From Candidatus Achromatium palustre (GTDB lineage: Bacteria > Pseudomonadota > Gammaproteobacteria > Chromatiales > Chromatiaceae), in assembly GCA_001044195.1 (NCBI GenBank), contig LFCU01000241.1, positions 1 through 20,221 on the forward strand: a DNA stretch of 20,221 bases, in the 5' to 3' direction. Both the position numbers and the translations under genes were made by a program. Positions 1 to 8,279 of this stretch are shown piece after piece. The notes beneath the pieces were generated by a model, which worked only from the letters and a program-made list of their open reading frames with translations, made no database searches and was not told the origin of the DNA. Every line of letters starts with the position of its first letter. The stretch's first letter is position 1.

Positions 1-84
1 TAAATTTTATTTGCCTATCAAAATGTTAGGTAAGGGGGAACTTTTGACTGTCCAGATGATAATTACTTTGTACTGAGTGGCAAT

Positions 85-327
85 TTGGTTTATAACAGTG
101 AAGTAGAGGCACTGAAGGCCAAATTAACCCCCCTGTTAAATATGACCAAACAAGAATTGAAGGATTACTATAAAGAACAACGACGCAAAAAGCGTGATGG
201 TACGATCCTAAAAGGGGCAGGATTAGGTTTAATAGAGATGGCACGAAAATCGAGTAAGCCGTTAGCCTTTAGCTTTCAAAAGCTAGACGAGGAATTGTCT
301 TTCTTCTCGATTAATACAATTATTTAA
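85..327 (+). pseudogene. C-terminal fragment of a SiaB/DUF6272-like histidine-kinase-like ATPase (partner-switch kinase). The ATP-lid G-box GAGLGL is retained and about 100 N-terminal residues are missing.
   Basis: The translation aligns with residues about 105-184 of the full-length paralog at 9832-10386 (LTPxELKxYYKEQ...GAGLGLI...). The ORF begins with TTG at 85. There are in-frame stops at 1-3 and 31-33, and stops in the other two forward frames within the first 84 nt, so no N-terminal half is contiguous in this window. Confidence 0.5.
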
Positions 328-340
328 ATGGCGGTATAAC

Positions 341-730
341 ATGGAAAACCTTTATGTTGCCGCAACTAAATCATCTCCAGAGATTAATTTTGATTGTAAA
401 AACAATATTCTCGAGATTAAGGGCGAATCATATCCAGAAAACACGGCAAAGTTTTATACACCCGTTATATCCTGGCTTAACGAATATGTTGATGCTTTAG
501 ATGCAGAGCAAGTAACTGTAAATATAGAACTTATTTATTTTAATAGTAGTTCATCAAAAGTCCTGTTAGACATATTTGATATATTTGATGAGTTAGCAGG
601 TCAAGGCAAGCAAATCACTCTCAATTGGATTTTTGATGTAGAAAATGAAAATGTTGAAGAAGCTGGCGAGGAATTTCAAGAGGATTTTGAATCACTTACA
701 TTTAATTTAGTCCCCAAAGAAGAAGATTAG
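341..730 (+). CDS. SiaC-like DUF1987 partner-switch phospho-protein (129 aa)
   Basis: Carries the GESYPEN motif and has an acidic C-terminus. It is about 40 percent identical to the paralog at 10391-10780 (LKGxSYPEN, NxSSSK, ITLNW conserved). It lies immediately downstream of the SiaB-like fragment. Confidence 0.8.
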   Translation: MENLYVAATKSSPEINFDCKNNILEIKGESYPENTAKFYTPVISWLNEYVDALDAEQVTVNIELIYFNSSSSKVLLDIFDIFDELAGQGKQITLNWIFDVENENVEEAGEEFQEDFESLTFNLVPKEED

Positions 731-854
731 AACTACTCAAAATCAGGAGTTATGCAGAGAGCTTGCGGCACTTACAATGCCGCTATCTGCAATCCTTCAA
801 TGTTTAACACAAATGAATATACTTTACACAATACAATATTAGCAGAAAAATTGC

Positions 855-1847
855 ATGCCTATAAATAAGTTACATTCTAATGAAGATGAATCATCAAATC
901 TATTCAAACAAGAAGATAATATATGTCGCCGTTCTGAAGAGATTATTAGAAATAAAACAGAAAACATAAGTAATGAAGAATATAGTCTGCTTGCCAAGAA
1001 TTATAAAAAATTACTTAAGCAGACCAAAAGACTGATTAGAATAGGCGACATGCAGCAACTAAAATTAGATCAGGCTAATAAGGAGCTATCTGAAAAAAAT
1101 CAACAAATTACTGATAGTATTTACTATGCTCGACGTATCCAACAGGCTATGCTACCGAGCAAGGACGCAACACAGGAAGCATTTGGCGAAAATGCCTTTG
1201 TTATCTATCGTCCGCATAGCATTGTTTCAGGTGATTTTTATTGGTTGACTCATACTGAACGAAAAATTTTGATTGCGGCAATAGATTGTACTGGACATGG
1301 GGTGTCTGGAGCGTTTTTGTCTATGATAGGGAATACCCTGTTAAACAAAATTGTCTTAAAAGATCGGATACATAATCCAGCACGTATCTTAGAACAATTG
1401 CATCGAGGAGTGCGTAGCGAATTACAACAAGAAACCGGAAATATTAGCGATGGTATGGATGTTTGTCTATGCTGCATTGATGGAATTAACGTAACCTTTG
1501 CTGGAGCCAAACGACCTTTATATTATTTTTCGCAGCAACAACTGCAAGAACTTAAGGGGGATCGGAAATCTATCGGTGGTCGTCAAAAAGAAGAACAACG
1601 CACATTTACCAATCAAGAAATTATATTGAATCCTGGCGATACCCTGTATCTAAGTAGTGACGGGATAGCTGATCAACCAAATCCACAGGGAAAAAGGTTT
1701 GGCTCCAGACGGCTGAAAGCACTGTTAAATGAGATAGCACCCTACTCAATGACAAAACAGGAACATCTAATTCGGATTCAGCTTGAAATGCACCAACAGG
1801 ACGAACTCCAACGGGACGATATTACATTACTTGGTGTCCGTGTTTAA
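855..1847 (+). CDS. PP2C/SpoIIE-family serine phosphatase with an N-terminal coiled-coil (SiaA/RsbU-like partner-switch phosphatase, 330 aa)
   Basis: PP2C/SpoIIE-like motifs are present: SGDFYW, AIDCTGHGVSGAF, LSSDGIADQ. The N-terminus is coiled-coil with heptad-like K/E/L-rich sequence. It is adjacent to the SiaB/SiaC-like genes. Confidence 0.85.
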   Translation: MPINKLHSNEDESSNLFKQEDNICRRSEEIIRNKTENISNEEYSLLAKNYKKLLKQTKRLIRIGDMQQLKLDQANKELSEKNQQITDSIYYARRIQQAMLPSKDATQEAFGENAFVIYRPHSIVSGDFYWLTHTERKILIAAIDCTGHGVSGAFLSMIGNTLLNKIVLKDRIHNPARILEQLHRGVRSELQQETGNISDGMDVCLCCIDGINVTFAGAKRPLYYFSQQQLQELKGDRKSIGGRQKEEQRTFTNQEIILNPGDTLYLSSDGIADQPNPQGKRFGSRRLKALLNEIAPYSMTKQEHLIRIQLEMHQQDELQRDDITLLGVRV

Positions 1848-1880
1848 CTTACAGATAGAGGAGGAATTGTGAATAATATT

Positions 1881-1907
1881 GGCAACCTTCATTTACAGTA
1901 AACACTT
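1881..1907 (-). repeat. Copy of a dispersed bipartite intergenic motif: Y-unit AAGTGTTTACTGT plus X-unit AAATGAAGGTTGCC, read on the minus strand
   Basis: The same X unit (AAATGAAG[GA][AT]TGCC) and Y unit (AGTGTAAACT-like) recur at 9102-9130, 9401-9433, 9521-9597 and 15134-15225. Confidence 0.5.
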
Positions 1908-1937
1908 GAGGGATTGTTCCTACGTTACTGTGGGTTA

Positions 1938-1948
1938 GGGGGGGGGGG
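1938..1948. repeat. Homopolymeric G11 tract (C11 on the minus strand)
   Basis: Eleven consecutive G in an otherwise AT-rich intergenic spacer. The spacer lies between convergent genes, with the phosphatase stop at 1847 and the small ORF stop at 1971. Confidence 0.9.
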
Positions 1949-1970
1949 TGTTCTATGCTACAAAACCTTT

Positions 1971-2219
1971 TTAACTATATTCTAAAACCGTATCCCACTG
2001 TTCAGAACTAAGCAAAGAATCTTCAAGATCAGATGAGTCTGTGTCATCGAAAAACACGGATGTATCCTCTCTAATTTCTGCATAAATGACTTTTAATCGT
2101 TCACGCTCAAAATCAAATTCGGATCGTATTGCATCTACATCAACTGGTAGTGTTGCATTGATATTGTTTTTTAACCAATTTTCAATATCTAGGCTGCGTT
2201 TTGTCCATTTATCAATCAT
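1971..2219 (-). CDS. Small acidic protein (82 aa), paralog of the ORF at 3153-3407. It is translationally coupled to the upstream MotB-like gene.
   Basis: Its start overlaps the MotB-like stop by ATGA (2216-2219). The first 30 aa are identical to the paralog, and the acidic S/T-rich tail DDTDSSDLEDSLL is conserved. No TM helix or signal peptide is present. Confidence 0.6.
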   Translation of the reverse strand: MIDKWTKRSLDIENWLKNNINATLPVDVDAIRSEFDFERERLKVIYAEIREDTSVFFDDTDSSDLEDSLLSSEQWDTVLEYS

Positions 2220-3109
2220 TGCGTTGTTCCCAAGGCTTTTTGGGGCTTATTCCTTTTGGTGAAGCGTAGTTCAATGCGTCTTCGAGAAGGGACGTTTTTA
2301 TTTTGGGCACCCTGCAATATGTTATTGTTTGGGGAAATAAGTTGTGATCCTGAGTAAACTCTAAAAACAAGTTGTTTTAAGCGTGGATCATTTGATCTTG
2401 CAAATATATTAAACAATGCTGCCGCAACAGATAAGGCGCGAGCTAGTCCGAGATCTGCATTTGAGCCAATTTGTAGTTGTCTAATCACGTTTGCTGATGT
2501 AGGTCCGAATTGAAAATTTCTTAATTTGGTATCCAGATTGGATGCTCTAGATCTTACTGGTATTCCATCAGTATGCCCTATAACTTCTATTACTTCGATT
2601 GGATAATCTTTAATGATAGCTAATATTTTGGGAACTATGTTTTGTTCTAAACGGCCTTCAAATTCAGGAGATACATTACTACTTCCAGATGTAAAAACAT
2701 AACCTGAAGCTTCTTGTAATGGAAATACTAAGGGCTTATCTGGCCTACGTTTTAATTCACCTTCTAAACCTTTAATGCGAGCTGTGTAATGGGATCGATA
2801 GGTTTGCAGTCTTTCTACTAATCTTTCTAATTCAGCCTCTAAAACTTGAATACGGTTTGCGCTATCTGTACGATTTGTTCTACAAGTTTGCAGTGTTTGT
2901 TCTAAATTTTCAATATTTTGTGAAGAATTTAATTGATGTCGAGTTAATTCTATTCCTAATCTTTTTATCTCTTGTTTTAATTTTTGCAGTATACCAAAAT
3001 GCATGGTATTATCCACCACCCATAAAATCAATACTAACATCAATATTGCTAAAATTAGATCTGTTAATGATGGCCAAAATGACACTTCATCTTTCTGTTT
3101 GTTAAACAT
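2216..3109 (-). CDS. MotB/ZorB-like stator subunit (about 298 aa). It has an N-terminal TM helix with a conserved Asp, an approximately 90-aa coiled-coil linker, and a C-terminal OmpA-like peptidoglycan-binding domain.
   Basis: The TM segment is LTDLILAILMLVLILW, with the D-x12-W spacing seen in MotB. The OmpA motif GHTDG...NxxLGLARALSVAAAL is present. The start was chosen at the internal Met (MFNKQKDEVSFWPS, ATG at 3109) by homology with the N-terminus of the paralog (MFRKYQEEVSFWPS). The 339-aa track ORF from 3235 would overlap the upstream small ORF. Confidence 0.75.
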   Translation of the reverse strand: MFNKQKDEVSFWPSLTDLILAILMLVLILWVVDNTMHFGILQKLKQEIKRLGIELTRHQLNSSQNIENLEQTLQTCRTNRTDSANRIQVLEAELERLVERLQTYRSHYTARIKGLEGELKRRPDKPLVFPLQEASGYVFTSGSSNVSPEFEGRLEQNIVPKILAIIKDYPIEVIEVIGHTDGIPVRSRASNLDTKLRNFQFGPTSANVIRQLQIGSNADLGLARALSVAAALFNIFARSNDPRLKQLVFRVYSGSQLISPNNNILQGAQNKNVPSRRRIELRFTKRNKPQKALGTTQ

Positions 3110-3152
3110 AAACAAGCATCCTGAATTGTTGTACCTAAAAATAGATAGCTTA

Positions 3153-3407
3153 TTACTGTAATTTGTATTCCAGTACCATGTCCCACTGTTCAGGATTAAG
3201 CAAAGAATCTTCAAGATCAGATGAATCGGTATCATCTAAAAAAACAGCCATATCACCTTCAATTGTTACATAAATATTTTCTAAACGTTCTAATTCGGTA
3301 TCAAATACATATCGCATTGCATCTACATCAACTGGTAGTGTTGCATTGATATTGTTTTTTAACCAATTTTCAATATCTAGGCTGCGTTTTGTCCATTTAT
3401 CAATCAT
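3153..3407 (-). CDS. Small acidic protein (84 aa), paralog of 1971-2219. It is translationally coupled to the upstream MotB-like gene.
   Basis: There is an ATGA start/stop overlap with 3404-4045. The N-terminal 30 aa are identical to the paralog, and the acidic tail DDTDSSDLEDSLL is conserved. Confidence 0.6.
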   Translation of the reverse strand: MIDKWTKRSLDIENWLKNNINATLPVDVDAMRYVFDTELERLENIYVTIEGDMAVFLDDTDSSDLEDSLLNPEQWDMVLEYKLQ

Positions 3408-4045
3408 TGCGTTGTTCCCAATACTGTTTGGGGTTTATTCCTTTTGGTGAAGCGTAGTTCAATGCGTCTTCGAGAAGGGACGTTTTTATTTTGGGCACCC
3501 TGCAATATGTTATTGTTTGGGGAAATAAGTTGTGATCCTGAGTAAACTCTAAAAACAAGTTGTTTTAAGCGTGGATCATTTGATCTTGCAAATATATTAA
3601 ACAATGCTGCCGCAACAGATAAGGCGCGGGCTAGTCCAAGATCTGCATTTGAGCCAATTTGTAGTTGTCTAATCACGTTTGCTGATGTAGGTCCGAATTG
3701 AAAATTTCTTAATTTGGTATCCAGATTGGATGCTCTAGATCTTACTGGTATTCCATCAGTATGCCCTATAACTTCTATTACTTCGATTGGATAATCTTTA
3801 ATGATAGCTAATATTTTGGGAACTATGTTTTGTTCTAAACGGCCTTCAAATTCAGGAGATACATTACTACTTCCAGATGTAAAAACATAACCTGAAGCTT
3901 CTTGTAATGGAAATACTAAGGGCTTATCTGGCCGGCGCATTGAAATATCTACTATCCATAAAATCAACACTAATAACAATACTGCTAAAATTAAATCTGT
4001 TAATGAGGGCCAAAATGATACTTCTTCTTGGTATTTACGAAACAT
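3404..4045 (-). CDS. MotB/ZorB-like stator subunit, short form (213 aa). The TM helix is joined directly to the OmpA-like domain, so it lacks the coiled-coil linker of its paralog.
   Basis: The TM segment is LTDLILAVLLLVLILW. The OmpA-like domain is nearly 100 percent identical to that of the paralog. The RRPDKPLVF junction follows immediately after the TM helix. Confidence 0.75.
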   Translation of the reverse strand: MFRKYQEEVSFWPSLTDLILAVLLLVLILWIVDISMRRPDKPLVFPLQEASGYVFTSGSSNVSPEFEGRLEQNIVPKILAIIKDYPIEVIEVIGHTDGIPVRSRASNLDTKLRNFQFGPTSANVIRQLQIGSNADLGLARALSVAAALFNIFARSNDPRLKQLVFRVYSGSQLISPNNNILQGAQNKNVPSRRRIELRFTKRNKPQTVLGTTQ

Positions 4046-4150
4046 AATGCTTTAATGAAATTATTAAGAATCACTATTAAATGATTTAATAGTTTGATTT
4101 ATAAATGTTTGTATATAATATTATATGGTTTATTGTATGAAATGTAGGTA

Positions 4151-5962
4151 CTACCCATTCCACCACTTAGATAATTTTGAACTTGAAACTTTAGTATTAG
4201 TCTGGTTTAGTACGTTAGAGAGATTTGCAATAGATACCTGCAATAACTTCATGTCATCATGGAAATTTTTATCGTATTGATGAGATGGGTTAGCACTACT
4301 TAACAATGAACCAATTTTTGTTTGCAATTCCGAAGCCATAGCATTTGCAAATACCGTTGGTAAATTTTGTAGAAGAGTTTGATGTAATTGTTGTTGAGTT
4401 GATATTGCGGTCTTAATTGCGCTGGAAAAATTGCGAAACTCGGTAATAAGGCTGGTATTATGTTGACTAGAAACGTTTGTACTATTTGCTAATGAATCAA
4501 GCTCCGCTTGTAACTTAGAAGTTATGGCATCTGCAATTATCATTGGTAGATCTTCTAACAGATTTTTAGTGTTTGCGGCTTCTGTCGTGACTGTATTTGA
4601 AAAATTGCTAAATTCAGTATTAAAGTTCGTTAGTTCCGTTTTCCATTGTACTGTAATGCTGTTTAACAATTTGCCATATTTATCAATGTTGCTAGTTGTT
4701 ACAGCTAAACTATCAATAACAGTTTGCAAGCTTTTAACTGAATTGGTTGCTTCCGTAGCAGTATCTAAGACAGATTTGGTTAAATTAGCTGTCTCCTGGT
4801 GCAAGATAAACAATTCTTTGTTTTGGGCAGTTGAAAGCTCTTGCATTTTTACTACAGCATCTTGTAATTGGGCATAACGCTGTTCTGCTGGACTAACCGC
4901 CTGATATAGTTTATCCATAGCTTGCAAAAAAGGGGCATTTGAGGCAACACTTTTATCGAAACGATTAGCTGCGGTATTAAGAGTATTTGCCGCTTGCCCT
5001 ATACTCTGTATAATTGGTGACAAAGCTGCTGCAAATTGGGTCATAGCATCTGTTGTATTTTGGGCTGATTTATTAATGGCTGCTATGGCACTATTGTTGG
5101 TATTATTGATGTTCTTAGCAGAAGTGTCAAAAGCATCAGACAATAGTTCACTTCCTATTGAAATTGTATCCATAAATTCAGTTATAGATTTATTAGTATT
5201 TGCAGCTAATTGGTTAATACCCGTTATGGCACTATCGCTTGTATTATTGATGTTTGTAGTATAAGTATCAAAGGCTTCAGATATTTCTTGGCTTTTTGTT
5301 GAAATAGTATCACCAAGTTTAGAGATAGATTCTTCGGTTTTTTCTGATTGAGTTTCTATTATTTTAATTTTATTGCTATCATTCCATGGAATTAAAACTT
5401 TGCTGGCAAAATTTACAAAATTTCGTGCAGCTATATTGTATGTAGGATCAAGCAATCCGAAGCGAATAGCCTGTAATATCAGCGTTGCAATGACTCCAAA
5501 GATGCTAGGCCAAAACGCACTAGTAAGTGCCTCTTGTAATTGTTGATAGGTATCTTGATTTATTCCCTCTGGAACAGCATAATGTAACGAAAATAAGGTA
5601 CCAGCGATACCACATAGCAACACTACTGAAATGGCATATCTTCTAATACCAATAAGAATCTTAATCCATAACTCATTTGGCTCAATAAGATCAATAGCCG
5701 CTTCTGGTGCATGATCAGTTGCCAAAATTCGATTAAATGCTGGTCTTAATGGGTGATTTTTTCCTATTTTGCGATCTAGCCAAGCTCGCATATTAGTAGG
5801 ATCAGTATTTCGTAAATCATATTCAAGATCTGCAATAACTTTGGACTGAGTATACCAAAACCGGATCTCCAAAATAAAACCAATAATAGCTGAAATACTT
5901 AAGATAGCTATTATTCCTATAAATATTATAGAAGCTGTAGACATGTTTAAAAGTATAGACAT
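4151..5962 (-). CDS. MotA/ExbB/TolQ-like membrane protein with a roughly 420-aa low-complexity helical C-terminal tail (603 aa). It looks like a ZorA-like motor subunit.
   Basis: It has three predicted TM helices in ExbB-like topology: residues 10-32, then around 100-125 (LLCGIAGTLFSL), then around 150-175 (IFGVIATLILQAIRFGL). The tail from about residue 190 to 603 is rich in N/T/S/A/Q, contains internal imperfect repeats (for example SxAFDTxxxNINNT), and has no TM. The gene sits directly upstream of two MotB-like genes and directly downstream of the kinase, with a 27-bp gap. Confidence 0.7.
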   Translation of the reverse strand: MSILLNMSTASIIFIGIIAILSISAIIGFILEIRFWYTQSKVIADLEYDLRNTDPTNMRAWLDRKIGKNHPLRPAFNRILATDHAPEAAIDLIEPNELWIKILIGIRRYAISVVLLCGIAGTLFSLHYAVPEGINQDTYQQLQEALTSAFWPSIFGVIATLILQAIRFGLLDPTYNIAARNFVNFASKVLIPWNDSNKIKIIETQSEKTEESISKLGDTISTKSQEISEAFDTYTTNINNTSDSAITGINQLAANTNKSITEFMDTISIGSELLSDAFDTSAKNINNTNNSAIAAINKSAQNTTDAMTQFAAALSPIIQSIGQAANTLNTAANRFDKSVASNAPFLQAMDKLYQAVSPAEQRYAQLQDAVVKMQELSTAQNKELFILHQETANLTKSVLDTATEATNSVKSLQTVIDSLAVTTSNIDKYGKLLNSITVQWKTELTNFNTEFSNFSNTVTTEAANTKNLLEDLPMIIADAITSKLQAELDSLANSTNVSSQHNTSLITEFRNFSSAIKTAISTQQQLHQTLLQNLPTVFANAMASELQTKIGSLLSSANPSHQYDKNFHDDMKLLQVSIANLSNVLNQTNTKVSSSKLSKWWNG

Positions 5963-5989
5963 GTTTATAAATAATCCCTAATTTATTAA

Positions 5990-7354
5990 TTATATCGAAT
6001 TTGTCATTGGTTCAATAGATACTCGCCCGTGTGCAAAGTCAAACGCCCTTACTCCTACAAACCGAAATGCGTGATTACGTTTACATCGTAGTTGCCTCCC
6101 AGAAGCAAGATGCACAATCCAGGTATCATTGCTTAAATTTTTGAGAGTCATCCCACGTTCTGGTGTCTCTTTTATTTCGGCCATTGGACGCTTAAATTGA
6201 AATTCCTGATTATCCAAATGGTGCTCATAGAGTTTGCGTCCATGAGTCGCTAAAATTTTAGTACCATTAGAAAATTTTAAATACCAACGTTTATTTGGAT
6301 GCTTGGTATCGCAAAATAGACATGTACAATTCTGATCGGAGATAAAAAAACGTTGGTGACAATTAGAGCATTCCGCCATACATTCCAACGCTTGCCAAAA
6401 TTCTCTAGCCCAAGTTGCCGCTGAATGGCGTTTTGTAGGATTTTTAAGCCCAATGGTGAATACTTGTTGAAATCTAGTTTGCATGGACTTTGGCAAATGA
6501 GCAAATGGAATACCATTAGTAGTAAAACGATTCCTACTATCTGTAGGATGTTCAGTAAAGATAGCACTAGTACCAAGTCCCTCATCTTCAGTCATGTAAT
6601 CCAAATTAAAATTCGGATCAACATCGCCTATAAATGGATGCCTAAACATGACTAAATAAAACAGTAGTACGGCCAAACTATGTCGATCCGTTTCCGCAGA
6701 TGGATGTGGATGTTGTGCTGTTATAAGCTCTGGTGCTCTAAAACCAGGAGTTCCAGCTACTTTTACTGGCAGATAGTTACTATTCCCACATGCAAGATTA
6801 TCGCAATCAATAAGACATATACTACCATCAGAGGTATTAAAAAATACATTACCCAAAGATAAATCGCAATGAGTCATCCCATGGCTATGAATCATCCGTA
6901 ACGCTTGCGAAAGGTAGAAGCCTGCTAATAAAAAATGATGATATTTATCATAATTGCTAAGTACAGAACGCAGGGCTGCACTTATAAATGGATTGGGTTG
7001 GTCATAAGGATCTGTAAGTAATGAATCGTGATTCAGTGGTTTACCTATCGCCAATTCCATTAGTACGCCAAATTCATTAGCAGAACTATATATAGCTCTG
7101 GGAAAGCAAACTTGGGCTTGGGGTAAAGTCCTGGCAATTTCTTTGGCAACATCGATGATTGTTTCTAGGCGTTCTTGCTGTTGATATAGTTCTGCTTGAG
7201 CGGGTAGTTTTTTAAATAATTTAAGGGCCATTTTATGGCTATCATGAGTGCGCTGGACTTGCCAGACATCAGCCTGTTGTCCAGAGCCTAGTGCAGCTTT
7301 ATACTTATATTCTTCGCCGTTAGTTGTAGTAAAGTTGGAGTTTTCTGTAGGCAT
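5990..7354 (-). CDS. Hanks-type Ser/Thr protein kinase (454 aa) with a C-terminal Cys-rich zinc-ribbon and an additional uncharacterised roughly 100-aa domain
   Basis: Kinase motifs are present: a G-loop LGSGQQADVW, the lysine in ALKLF, the catalytic loop HCDLSLGNV, a DFG-like DCD, and GTPGFRAPE. Cys clusters include CMAECSNCH and CTCLFCDTKH. Confidence 0.85.
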   Translation of the reverse strand: MPTENSNFTTTNGEEYKYKAALGSGQQADVWQVQRTHDSHKMALKLFKKLPAQAELYQQQERLETIIDVAKEIARTLPQAQVCFPRAIYSSANEFGVLMELAIGKPLNHDSLLTDPYDQPNPFISAALRSVLSNYDKYHHFLLAGFYLSQALRMIHSHGMTHCDLSLGNVFFNTSDGSICLIDCDNLACGNSNYLPVKVAGTPGFRAPELITAQHPHPSAETDRHSLAVLLFYLVMFRHPFIGDVDPNFNLDYMTEDEGLGTSAIFTEHPTDSRNRFTTNGIPFAHLPKSMQTRFQQVFTIGLKNPTKRHSAATWAREFWQALECMAECSNCHQRFFISDQNCTCLFCDTKHPNKRWYLKFSNGTKILATHGRKLYEHHLDNQEFQFKRPMAEIKETPERGMTLKNLSNDTWIVHLASGRQLRCKRNHAFRFVGVRAFDFAHGRVSIEPMTNSI

Positions 7355-7366
7355 GATATTAATAGG

Positions 7367-8272
7367 TTACAGATTGTAAAATACAGCTACCAGTGTTTTA
7401 TCATCATCAGAAAATTTATGTTCTTCCCAGTAATTACAATATGCTGTGGCATATTCTTCTAAAGCTACTGGATCATCTAAGCATTGTTTTAATTTTGGCC
7501 ATATAGCACTAAAATATAAGTTGGGATCGCCAATACTTTCACTCAGCCCATCGGTCATAAGGCAGAAACCTACACTATCTTTGTATTCAGTTATTCCAGG
7601 ACTTGACTCTGCAAAACCACGTTGCCATTCAGTGTTGGTTAACGGTCGAACTTCATTGACAAAGCCTTCACGTATATTTTCAGTTAAAAGCTGTGCTGCA
7701 ACTTTATCATCTGGTCTTGAAGAGATTTTATATATAGCACCATCTCCAACGATTGCTGCCCAGTAACCTTCAGAGTTTAAATATAGTAGTAATGCTGTTG
7801 TGGCGTATTCTGTTAAGTAGCCATCTACTAATGTTTGTGAAGATGTTTTTATATCCTGGGTATCATCTTTATTTTTATGACCAGTTTTATTTTGCTCGTT
7901 ATCTTCTTGGCATAATATTACAAACTTATCTCTAGCGTCAGTAAAGTAGTCTTTCAATTGATTGCTATTAAGAATACTTGTGCTTGCACCACTAAATACT
8001 TGACCCAGGGCAGTACAAGCACATTCAGCTCCTTTACGAGAGCGTGATCTGGTACTTACTCCATCTGCTACGGTTAGAGTCAGTGATTTAATATCATCTA
8101 CTTTTGTAGGTGTAGGCCAGTAAGCAGTAAAATCTTGGCATTCTGTACTTTGATCCACATGAGCTTTACCACGCCAAGAAAACGTTACAATTGCTATACT
8201 TTTGCCAGATATGTTGTAACGTTTAATTTTTGGAGGTATGCTAAAATGCTCAGAATTTAAATAAGCAGTCAT
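7367..8272 (-). CDS. PP2C-family Ser/Thr phosphatase (301 aa), the TerY-P phosphatase component
   Basis: Metal-binding Asp/Gly motifs are present: VADGVS, VGDGAIY and LMTDGLSE. It lies 8 bp after the vWA gene and 12 bp before the kinase gene. Confidence 0.8.
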   Translation of the reverse strand: MTAYLNSEHFSIPPKIKRYNISGKSIAIVTFSWRGKAHVDQSTECQDFTAYWPTPTKVDDIKSLTLTVADGVSTRSRSRKGAECACTALGQVFSGASTSILNSNQLKDYFTDARDKFVILCQEDNEQNKTGHKNKDDTQDIKTSSQTLVDGYLTEYATTALLLYLNSEGYWAAIVGDGAIYKISSRPDDKVAAQLLTENIREGFVNEVRPLTNTEWQRGFAESSPGITEYKDSVGFCLMTDGLSESIGDPNLYFSAIWPKLKQCLDDPVALEEYATAYCNYWEEHKFSDDDKTLVAVFYNL

Positions 8273-8279
8273 AGTGCTT

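Larger units (their letters stand above)
1990..4045. repeat. Tandem duplication, about 1188 bp period, of a two-gene cassette (MotB/OmpA-like gene plus small acidic ORF). The two copies are mosaic, with near-identical and diverged blocks.
   Basis: Segments 1993-2050 and 2128-2745 are near-identical to 3181-3238 and 3316-3933 at a constant offset of 1188 to 1189. A diverged patch separates them (2051-2127 versus 3239-3315). A roughly 250-bp segment at 2746-2996 is present only in the downstream copy, and 2997-3109 is about 85 percent identical to 3950-4045. Confidence 0.85.

Noticed and set aside
2216-3235. The 339-aa track ORF, which extends the second MotB-like gene N-terminally to 3235
   Set aside because: The extension overlaps the upstream small acidic ORF (3153-3407) by 83 nt in another frame and has no counterpart in the paralog. 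The internal Met at 3109 (MFNKQKDEVSFWPS) aligns with the paralog N-terminus (MFRKYQEEVSFWPS), so it was used as the start.
4524-5264. Plus-strand ORFs (117 and 62 aa) inside the ZorA-like gene
   Set aside because: They lie antisense within a well-supported long CDS. They have no ribosome-binding site and no recognisable domain.
5990-6300. An FHA domain at the kinase C-terminus
   Set aside because: Some FHA-like residues are present (SNGT, RNHA). They occur in the wrong order relative to the canonical FHA strand topology, so I left the domain unassigned.
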